A stretch of 64,000 nt of DNA, from positions 7,107-71,106 of the forward strand of contig JBMYMD010000002.1 of assembly GCA_049596955.1 (NCBI GenBank). The letters are read 5' to 3'. The notes beneath the pieces were generated by a model. That model was given only the letters and a program-made list of their open reading frames with translations, had not been told where the DNA came from and did not search any database. Numbering within the stretch: position 1 is the first letter of the stretch; every line of letters begins with the position of its first letter. This document shows, one piece after another, positions 58,201 through 64,000 of the stretch. The stretch comes from Flavobacteriaceae bacterium (GTDB taxonomy: Bacteria > Bacteroidota > Bacteroidia > Flavobacteriales > Flavobacteriaceae). The position numbers and the translations under genes were made by a program.

Positions 58201-58306
58201 GGTCACCAAAATATGATTCTAAATTTAAGTTGTCTTTTTGTTGGCTTTGTGCAAAAAATGAACACAGAAATAAAGCTAATAGAAAGCCATAGGTATATTT
58301 TCTCAT
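55289..58306 (-). CDS. secreted BNR/Asp-box repeat protein (sortilin/VPS10-like double beta-propeller)
   Basis: Signal peptide. At least 10 Asp-box motifs of the form SxDxGxTW are present: SVDGGINW, SEDGGKTW, SVDGGKTW, SLDGGDSW, SRDGGETF, SEDMGESW, TKNGGKTW, TTDYGLTW and TNNGGESW, among others. Confidence 0.8.
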   Translation of the reverse strand: MRKYTYGFLLALFLCSFFAQSQQKDNLNLESYFGDLRARHIGPALMSGRINDLELHPTNPRILYAGTAGGGVWKSNNGGATFNPIFDDHIQSIGAVTLDPNDPDNTIYVGTGETWTRNSVSVGDGLYKSVDGGINWDKIGFENSERIANVIVNPNNSDEIFVGVLGALWSDSDERGVYKSEDGGKTWAQILYDGPSTGCADLAMDPTNPNVLYASMWEFRRTGWSFNSGGEKSALYKSVDGGKTWNKIHNGFPEGKLGRLAIAIAPSSPNILYTVIEAEKQEKKGLYKSLDGGDSWTQSNNDFGITVRPFYFSRIVVDPTNPDVILKAGLSGSISRDGGETFKDLGVMHSDIHDLAFNIENSDNIYAGTDGGVYRSWNGGTTFEIVENLPLSQFYHISVDNEEPYNVYGGLQDNGSWYGPNLSGGGVTAADWKSVGAGDGFRVLSHPTKRIIYSEMQGAENIWRYDTEKQRVKTIHPLPKSGQPKLRFNWNTPIEISYNQPDRLYVGSQFLHVSEDMGESWRTISEDLTTNNPEKQNQQDSGGLSMDNSGAENHTTIFTIAESRLDENVIWVGTDDGNVQVTKNGGKTWSNTTKNISGLPANTWVYHIEASVHDKATAYAVFDGHTSGDFAPYVYKTTDYGLTWNSIVTDDIPIFARNIQEDYVNPDLLFLGTEKGLFITNNGGESWSHFTKNMPPVAVHYIELQSKTNDLVMGTHGRGVIILDDISPLREINSDQLSSKLHFFEPTGMLMSDKSYGFGSSFGAETQFVGENPTTIAQFKYLLPKRHTFGKMTMEIHDLEGNVISKLSPGKSKGVNIVRWNYTMKQPKVAKGKTLAFGGFTSPRVLAGTYKVVINKGRDKFEQEFELTNDPTTSVDSAYFKQKNDIVMSLYDLTQDLAYMVYQVDEMIEGSQGKLKSKLMDLKKTLVITTGDNYVGAAEPELREKLANLYSKIADSYSVPSPNEMEYMEVILDLYSTAEKEFNRLKKKSKISFEELKSFEEFLNE

Positions 58307-58339
58307 AATGGAATTTAAAGTACAGTGAAAATTAAAAGC

Positions 58340-59092
58340 TTAGTTATTTTCAGGAAATGCAAATACACTATCGTCAATTTCAGGATTTAAAACGATTTTG
58401 TTGATGGTGACAGATGCTCCATCTTGCCCGACCATTCCTTGTGATTGTGAAAAAGGAAAATACAATCCTTCTACCTCTTGGTAATCGCTAAATTTGACCT
58501 CACTCATTTGACCTTTCATAGGACCAGACTTAATTTCAGATTGTTGAGCAATGGGTACAAAATTGTCCATATCAAAGAAATAAAAGTCTACATTCTCTAC
58601 CTCTTCTCCATCGGCCAGAACTGGTGTTTTTGTCAATTTCACTTTAAAACATTCCGTACCATCTATTTCTTCTGTACCTAAAAGTTCAGCAGAATAACCT
58701 TTTGATTTGTAATCTAGTAGTGGTTCTGGAAAATCTGCCATTGCTCTTTTGACATTTTCAGTCGTCTCATCATCACTTTTTTCAGCTTTCTGATTCATCA
58801 GGTTTATACTCCAAGAAACCTCCCCGTCAAAAACACCTTGTTTTATTTCCTGTCCTTGAAACTTAATAACCGACATTTGCTTTCCAGATTTTAACTGGGT
58901 AATTTCTATGGGGATTTCCATACCCATTTGGTTAACCGTAGCATAAAAAACGACACCTTCAAGAGCTCTCCACTGCTCTGCTCCCCCCGTATTTTCAAAG
59001 TAATTATCGATAATCTCATCTACCGTTTGAGCATGAGACGAAATGTTTACACTAAAAATAAGTGCAACTAAAAGTAAAACTGAATTTTTCAT
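58340..59092 (-). CDS. LolA-like / outer-membrane lipoprotein-sorting-fold protein, function unknown
   Basis: Signal peptide. The 250-aa all-beta profile begins TVDEIIDNYFENTGGAEQW and includes GTECFKVKLT. The family assignment is from memory and is tentative. Confidence 0.5.
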   Translation of the reverse strand: MKNSVLLLVALIFSVNISSHAQTVDEIIDNYFENTGGAEQWRALEGVVFYATVNQMGMEIPIEITQLKSGKQMSVIKFQGQEIKQGVFDGEVSWSINLMNQKAEKSDDETTENVKRAMADFPEPLLDYKSKGYSAELLGTEEIDGTECFKVKLTKTPVLADGEEVENVDFYFFDMDNFVPIAQQSEIKSGPMKGQMSEVKFSDYQEVEGLYFPFSQSQGMVGQDGASVTINKIVLNPEIDDSVFAFPENN

Positions 59093-59123
59093 ATTATTTG
59101 AGTTAAGTATTGATAAATAAATA

Positions 59124-59501
59124 TTAGCTGCAAGATTCGCATTTGCCTTGGAGTAATATTTGTGAAGTTATTATTTTTATGTTAGGGACATTTGGAATGT
59201 GAATGTCAACTTGAAGACAATCCATTTTACCACACTCAATACATTGGAAATGAGGGTGTCGATCCTGATGATAATGCTTGGAACAATCGCTGCACTTTGC
59301 ATAGCACTTACTGCCATTTTTATCCAGAAAAGAATGCAAAACTCCATCGTCTTCTAATTTGTCTAAAACACGGTAGATTGTTGTCTTATTGATTTGCATT
59401 TGTAGACGATTTACCAATTCAATTACTGAAATAGCACCATTAGAATTGTGAAACTCTTTCATCAACAAGTCCACAGATGGCGTTCTGCGTTTAATACCCA
59501 T
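59124..59501 (-). CDS. Fur-family metalloregulator (Zur-type suggested by gene context)
   Basis: Winged-helix N-domain (TTIYRVLDKLEDDGVL), His-rich sensor block HYHQDRHPHFQC, and two CxxC pairs (CIECG, CESC). Confidence 0.85.
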   Translation of the reverse strand: MGIKRRTPSVDLLMKEFHNSNGAISVIELVNRLQMQINKTTIYRVLDKLEDDGVLHSFLDKNGSKCYAKCSDCSKHYHQDRHPHFQCIECGKMDCLQVDIHIPNVPNIKIITSQILLQGKCESCS

Positions 59502-59546
59502 AACACAAACTTATAACAACATAGTTGCATTAACAAACAAATTTCA

Positions 59547-59554
59547 TAGTTTTG
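59547..59554 (+). promoter_or_regulatory. candidate -7 promoter box (TAgtTTTG) of the MerC-like/COG0523 operon
   Basis: Exact TAnnTTTG match, 24 nt upstream of the ATG at 59579. A TTG lies 19 nt further upstream (59525-59527), in the expected -33 region. Confidence 0.45.
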
Positions 59555-59567
59555 CAACTCAGTTGCA
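59553..59567. promoter_or_regulatory. perfect 7-1-7 palindrome TGCAACTcAGTTGCA; candidate operator of the adjacent Fur-family regulator
   Basis: Read directly from the sequence. It overlaps the -7 box and the expected transcription start. A second AGTTGCATTAA copy lies at 59523-59533. Confidence 0.5.
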
Positions 59568-59578
59568 TTAATTAAAAG

Positions 59579-59980
59579 ATGAAAAATTTAAGCTATAAGA
59601 ATGATATTGCGGGAAGTGCTGTAGGAGCCTTTTGTGTTCTTCACTGTGCCTTAACTCCACTATTGTTTCTCTCTCCAAATTTTATAGAACTAAGTAACCA
59701 CTCTTCTGCGTTGTTTTGGTGGAAAAATGCAGATTTTTTGTTTTTGACACTGGCATTTATTGCTGTATTACGCTCTTCATCAACAACTTCAATAAAAGCG
59801 CTGAAATTTATTTTTTGGGTGTCTTGGTTATTTCTATCAGTTACTATTCTAAACGAAAGGATGGCTTTTTTCGAATCGACAGAAATCTACATATACCTAT
59901 CTAGTACACTTCTTATAGCAGTTCACCTTTACAATTTAAAATTTTGTCAAGTAAAAAACTATGAGCCTAGCAGACCATAA
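59579..59980 (+). CDS. MerC-domain-like small membrane protein (4 TM helices, Cys/His in TM1)
   Basis: [15 protein letters not shown] at the start of TM1 resembles the MerC-domain family. It overlaps the COG0523 gene by 20 nt. Confidence 0.6.
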   Translation: MKNLSYKNDIAGSAVGAFCVLHCALTPLLFLSPNFIELSNHSSALFWWKNADFLFLTLAFIAVLRSSSTTSIKALKFIFWVSWLFLSVTILNERMAFFESTEIYIYLSSTLLIAVHLYNLKFCQVKNYEPSRP

Positions 59981-61190
59981 ACTACCTGTTACCGTACTAA
60001 GTGGATTTCTTGGTGCAGGAAAAACTACTTTACTCAACCATGTATTGCACAACAAAGAAGGTTTAAAGGTTGCAGTAATTGTAAATGATATGAGCGAGGT
60101 GAACGTCGACGCGAACCTGGTCAAAAACGAAAATATACTATCTAGAACAGAAGAAAAATTGGTCGAGATGAGTAACGGCTGTATTTGTTGCACCTTACGA
60201 GAAGATTTGATGATTGAGGTAGAACGGCTCGCTAATGAAAAACGATTTGATTACTTATTAATAGAAAGTACAGGAATTAGTGAACCAATCCCAGTGGCTC
60301 AAACATTTAGTTTCATAGACGAAGAAAGCGGTATCGATTTATCGAGATTCAGTTACGTGGATACCATGGTCACCGTAGTTGATGCCTATAATTTCTTTAA
60401 AGATTTTGGTAGCCCAGAAACTTTAGAGGATAGATCTCTTACTAATATTGAAAACGACCATAGGACGATAGTAAACCTTCTTACGGACCAGGTTGAATTC
60501 GCCGATGTAATCATTTTGAACAAGACAGATTTGATTACTGCTCCTCATCTTGAATTATTGAAAGCAACACTGCACAAATTGAATCCTGCAGCACAAATTA
60601 TTGAAACAGCTTTTGGTAAAATAAATCCAGCACAAATTCTGAATACCAAACTATTTGATTTTGAAAAAGCTGAACAAAGTGCCGGTTGGATTGAAGAACT
60701 CAATAAAGAAGAACACACGCCTGAAACCGATGAATACGGCATTGGTTCGTTTGTCTTTCGCAGTAAAAAACCTTTTGACTCAAATCGGTTCAGAGCATTT
60801 GTTCAAAATAAGTTTCCCATGAATGTGATAAGAAGTAAAGGGCTTTTTTGGATCACATCAAGACCAGATCAAGCCTTGATTTGGGGTCAAGCAGGGGGTT
60901 CATTAAGAACAGATAGTGCAGGTGTATGGTGGGCGAGTATGTCCTTCAGCCAAAGATTCAATAATCCTGTTTTCATAAATAATCAGGAAGAAATCGAAAA
61001 AGACTGGCACAATACTTTCGGTGATCGAAAAAATGAAATTGTTTTTATTGGACAAGATATGGATCATGACCAAATCATAAATGAACTTAACAAATGTCTG
61101 GCTACAGATAAAGAACTCTCATCAAAGAATTGGAAAAAGGGAAGTAAAGACAATTGGCCAATAGAGAGAGCTTATGCTCTAGAAAATTAA
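59961..61190 (+). CDS. COG0523/CobW-family GTPase metallochaperone (ZigA/YeiR-like)
   Basis: P-loop GFLGAGKTT, metal-binding CxCC (GCICCT), switch [10 protein letters not shown], NKxD (NKTD), and a CobW C-terminal domain ([11 protein letters not shown]...IRSKGLFW). Confidence 0.9.
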   Translation: MSLADHKLPVTVLSGFLGAGKTTLLNHVLHNKEGLKVAVIVNDMSEVNVDANLVKNENILSRTEEKLVEMSNGCICCTLREDLMIEVERLANEKRFDYLLIESTGISEPIPVAQTFSFIDEESGIDLSRFSYVDTMVTVVDAYNFFKDFGSPETLEDRSLTNIENDHRTIVNLLTDQVEFADVIILNKTDLITAPHLELLKATLHKLNPAAQIIETAFGKINPAQILNTKLFDFEKAEQSAGWIEELNKEEHTPETDEYGIGSFVFRSKKPFDSNRFRAFVQNKFPMNVIRSKGLFWITSRPDQALIWGQAGGSLRTDSAGVWWASMSFSQRFNNPVFINNQEEIEKDWHNTFGDRKNEIVFIGQDMDHDQIINELNKCLATDKELSSKNWKKGSKDNWPIERAYALEN

Positions 61191-61214
61191 TAACCACTTT
61201 AAATTTTAAATACT

Positions 61215-61673
61215 ATGATAACAAAAGAACAAGTAATGGAGGCCCAAGAAAAATGGGGTAATGGAGTCGTACAAATAGGCTCGCTAAAGGAAAGCAGAGA
61301 AGAATGTGAGGCATTCACAAGTCAATTTCTGGACGATCGCTATGCCTTTGACAAAACAGTATTATTTAAACCCACAAAATGCGAAATAGAACAATTCAGA
61401 CCATCTAAAGCAGAAGCTACCTCTTATTTTATTGCAGGAGATGGCAGGGCTTGTTCAGAGGATCATGGATTCGCAATTCAGCCATGGACCAAAGTAAGAT
61501 TTGAGAATCACGGTATTATTCTAGAGGAATCACGTGCAATCGCAATGGGAAACTACTTTTTTACAGATTTAAACGGCAATGAGGCAAAAGTAGAATACAC
61601 TTTTGGGTATCAATTGATTAATGGCGAATTAAAAATTGATTTACACCACTCGTCATTTCCCTTTGCACATTAA
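61215..61673 (+). CDS. NTF2-fold protein resembling the COG4337 / iota-class carbonic anhydrase family
   Basis: The 152-aa product has the blocks LFKPTK, QFRPSK, SYFIAG, WTKVRFEN, AMGNYFF and VEYTFGY, plus a C-terminal LHHSS. I remember HHSS as the signature of iota-CA-like domains. The assignment is from memory, not a search. Confidence 0.5.
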   Translation: MITKEQVMEAQEKWGNGVVQIGSLKESREECEAFTSQFLDDRYAFDKTVLFKPTKCEIEQFRPSKAEATSYFIAGDGRACSEDHGFAIQPWTKVRFENHGIILEESRAIAMGNYFFTDLNGNEAKVEYTFGYQLINGELKIDLHHSSFPFAH

Positions 61674-61690
61674 AAGAAATTCGGTAAACA

Positions 61691-62185
61691 ATGAATAAGC
61701 TTTTTCTTGTATGTCCAACCGATTTTTTAGAATCAAAAATCAATGAGGTTAACTATAATTCCAACAATTATTTTTACACTTCTCTGGGCAATTCATTAAA
61801 TACCGATTTAAAGACACTTTTACACATCAAAGAAATTTTGAATAAGCATTCCATTGATGAAGTCCACTTTGTCCTTTCATCTTCTAATAAAATTATTTTA
61901 GACGCACTGAAAGGGCAAAGCTTTTCTCGTATTAGAAATATGGACAATTATTACAAAAAAATAAATCGGCTTAAGGCACATAAAATCTGTAATACTCCGG
62001 AGGACACAAAATATTTGCCAATTTCGTATTATCTGAACAATAAAATAAAAGAAGTTCAGCAATTTCTGAACATTTCATCTTCGGCATCAATAAATGTGAC
62101 AGGTCTGATCTACGACAGTAAAACCGATAATTTTGAGAACATTTATCCTGCCTTGTATTGTCTTGAATATTTTCAATTAAACTAA
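61691..62185 (+). CDS. hypothetical 164-aa protein with faint beta-carbonic-anhydrase-like block structure but no intact zinc site
   Basis: Three colinear blocks were aligned by eye to beta-CA motifs (see findings). The gene is N/K/I-rich and lies 17 nt after the preceding gene. Confidence 0.35.
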   Translation: MNKLFLVCPTDFLESKINEVNYNSNNYFYTSLGNSLNTDLKTLLHIKEILNKHSIDEVHFVLSSSNKIILDALKGQSFSRIRNMDNYYKKINRLKAHKICNTPEDTKYLPISYYLNNKIKEVQQFLNISSSASINVTGLIYDSKTDNFENIYPALYCLEYFQLN

Positions 62186-62349
62186 TGACAATTGAAAAGC
62201 TTTAATTTTCGGCACTATTCAAGTCTTCGCTCACTTAAAATTCTTCGGTCAGTAAATCACAATTCAATAATCTTAGGCCATAAAAAATCAATTGTATTGC
62301 AATTTTAAATTAATCGATTTAGATTTAAGACAAATCTTAACCACATTTT

Positions 62350-62829
62350 ATGAAAACAAGTTTCTACACCCTTTGTCTTAGCTCAATTTTACTGTTGATT
62401 TCATGCCAACAGAACAACCGCTCTACAATTGAAAAAATTAAAGAAGAGGAAGTGCTGACTGCCCTAGACGAACTCTTTGAGATTGTAGACAAGGATATTG
62501 ACCGTATCGATGATATCGTGACAGAAGACTACTTTATTTTTGAAAACTCAAGAAAATACTCTACCGAAGAATTCGTAGAATACGTCAAGAGTTTTGGAGA
62601 ATTTGACTCAAAGCGTGACTTTGCCAATATAGAAATTGACACCGATCTAAACAGCGCTCATTTGAGTATGAATCACCACGGAGAATTTGATTTGCAATCT
62701 GAATCAGGAAAAATTCGTATGATTTATGACTGGATTGAAAGTGCCTATTTGGTAAAATCTGACAATAAATTGAAGTTCAAATTTTTCTTTTCGGAAGTGA
62801 CTTATGATACTATTATCCCTTTAGATTAA
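62350..62829 (+). CDS. lipoprotein with NTF2-like (SnoaL/DUF4440-type) fold, function unknown
   Basis: Lipobox LLLISC. The size of about 140 aa and its alpha+beta pattern are typical of NTF2-like proteins. The call is weak. Confidence 0.45.
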   Translation: MKTSFYTLCLSSILLLISCQQNNRSTIEKIKEEEVLTALDELFEIVDKDIDRIDDIVTEDYFIFENSRKYSTEEFVEYVKSFGEFDSKRDFANIEIDTDLNSAHLSMNHHGEFDLQSESGKIRMIYDWIESAYLVKSDNKLKFKFFFSEVTYDTIIPLD

Positions 62830-62845
62830 CGGATTTTACAGCATT

Positions 62846-62881
62846 TCATAACATATGTTATGATTAATGTAGCACATTAAT
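62846..62881. promoter_or_regulatory. two abutting perfect palindromes upstream of the HxlR-type regulator gene (candidate operator)
   Basis: TCATAACATATGTTATGA (18 bp, 62846-62863) and ATTAATGT-agc-ACATTAAT (62863-62881), read directly. They lie just upstream of a TAacTTTG box. Confidence 0.4.
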
Positions 62882-62893
62882 ACAATAAATCTC

Positions 62894-62901
62894 TAACTTT
62901 G
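62894..62901 (+). promoter_or_regulatory. candidate -7 promoter box (TAacTTTG) for the HxlR-type regulator
   Basis: Exact TAnnTTTG match, 19 nt upstream of the ATG at 62921. Confidence 0.4.
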
Positions 62902-62920
62902 CACCACAAAAGTGCAAGGT

Positions 62921-63370
62921 ATGAATTACATTATCGAACCGACCTTTAGGTCAGGCTGTTCAGTTTCTACATCCTTAGATTTGCTTGGAGATAAATGGTC
63001 TCTTCTTATCATAAGAGATATTTTTATGCATAGAAATACGTTTAGCCAATTTCTAAAAGACAGCCCTGAAGGAATTGCGACCAACATTCTTACAGATCGT
63101 TTAAAAAAACTAAGAGCCTTTGGAGTGATTGATTTCATTCAAAAATCAGCGGACAAAAAAATTAAAAGTTTTTACTTAACACAAAAAGGTATCGATTTGT
63201 TCCCTGTTCTTCACAGTTTTCACAATTGGTCGACCAAACATGTAGCGTTCGAACAACACGATGTAGTCAAAAAAACACTCAAGTCCAATAAAGGAAAAAC
63301 AGATGCTGAGATTATTCAGTCAGCTCAAGAAGAGTATATGTCTTACAGAAAAGAGGAATTTGGATTTTAA
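62921..63370 (+). CDS. HxlR-family winged-helix transcriptional regulator
   Basis: CSVSTSLDLLGDKWSLLIIRDIF is the characteristic HxlR N-terminal block. The start is set at the ATG at 62921; the ORF track GTG at 62912 is an alternative. Confidence 0.85.
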   Translation: MNYIIEPTFRSGCSVSTSLDLLGDKWSLLIIRDIFMHRNTFSQFLKDSPEGIATNILTDRLKKLRAFGVIDFIQKSADKKIKSFYLTQKGIDLFPVLHSFHNWSTKHVAFEQHDVVKKTLKSNKGKTDAEIIQSAQEEYMSYRKEEFGF

Positions 63371-63375
63371 TGCTG

Positions 63376-64000
63376 TTAATTAGAAACTTCGCTTTGTACG
63401 AATTTGAAGTAAAATAAAAGAATCAAGTAACCAAATAGGCTTCCTGCCAAAATAAAGGCGACATTGAGAACACCTGTGGCACTAAACGAAATTCGCATAA
63501 GTATTGTCGCAATAATGAATCCCGTATTTCTCAAGAGCTTGAAATTCTCCTGTGTAATTCCGTAGGAGAAAAGCAATACCAGAACATCAGCCAAAATCAA
63601 TAAGGTAAAAAAGTCCTTGTAAAAAATAGAGTTCAAATTATTACTCATTCCAGGAATCAAATGCGCTTTAGTGAACGAATAATTGATGAAATCCACTAAA
63701 TGTACACAGCTTACAACAACAATAATCAATAATAAGACTACTGATAATTTCTTCTTATATCCTTTAAAAATAAAGTCTCTTTCTTCTTCGAACAGTGTCC
63801 TAGAAAGGGCATTTAGTTTTAGATGAATTCGAGAGAATAATAAAACAATTGCCAATAATAGCAATACAGCTAAAATATCAATTCCCAAATTGAAAAGCTC
63901 CTCGTTCGTTTCTATAGCCTGCTCGAAGTCTATCTTTGTTATATCTCCAAAAATTCTGCGGATTAATACAAGCGCAATAATCTCGTATTGCTTTAAGAGC
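63376..64000 (-). CDS. polytopic membrane protein, function unknown; N-terminus beyond the window edge
   Basis: The ORF track starts it at a TTG at 63888. My translation shows the same frame stays open to nt 64000 (..LLKQYEIIALVLIRRIFGDITKIDFEQAIETNEELFNLGIDIL..), so the gene probably begins outside the window. Confidence 0.55.
   Translation of the reverse strand, partial: LLKQYEIIALVLIRRIFGDITKIDFEQAIETNEELFNLGIDILAVLLLLAIVLLFSRIHLKLNALSRTLFEEERDFIFKGYKKKLSVVLLLIIVVVSCVHLVDFINYSFTKAHLIPGMSNNLNSIFYKDFFTLLILADVLVLLFSYGITQENFKLLRNTGFIIATILMRISFSATGVLNVAFILAGSLFGYLILLFYFKFVQSEVSN

Noticed and set aside
55091-64000. A genomic island integrated at the 3' end of tRNA-Phe, suggested by accessory-looking genes and more AT-rich small ORFs after the tRNA.
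   Set aside because: I could not find an integrase or recombinase, mobility genes, or a direct repeat of the tRNA 3' end (GGTTCGATTCCTGGAGGTACCA) downstream within the window. The region is better explained as a metal-homeostasis neighbourhood.

Overview
This is an AT-rich, very densely coded chromosomal segment from a Bacteroidota genome, almost certainly class Flavobacteriia. The assignment rests on the gldK-gldL-gldM-gldN gliding/T9SS core, TAnnTTTG-type promoter boxes, and typical synteny (miaB-EBP-lptE-secG-groESL, mreBCD-mrdA-rodA, coaX-OMP-TPR-lptC). I count about 60 protein genes and one tRNA (Phe). I see no rRNA, CRISPR array, transposase, integrase or phage gene.

Most of the window is ordinary housekeeping:
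- an RND efflux operon and an ABC-F ATPase
- topA and purH
- the cell-shape operon
- S41 protease, surE, lpxB and a comEC-like gene
- a POT transporter plus DPP-IV
- two mevalonate-pathway genes
- a PpiD-like PPIase

I do not see an obvious defence-island-type novel system. The stretches that deserve follow-up are:
1. The right-hand 9 kb after tRNA-Phe. A Fur/Zur-type regulator sits divergently from a MerC-like/COG0523 operon, with a perfect palindrome lying on the promoter. The operon ends in two small proteins that I read as an iota-carbonic-anhydrase-like NTF2-fold protein and a beta-carbonic-anhydrase-like protein lacking the zinc ligands. Together they could be a zinc-sparing CA module.
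2. An arginase-fold protein with degenerated Mn ligands, translationally coupled to topA and immediately upstream of gldK.
3. A sensor-less sigma-54 enhancer-binding protein and a highly acidic TPR protein packed into the miaB-lptE-secG operon.

All functional calls come from reading the translated ORFs against remembered family motifs. No database search was run.
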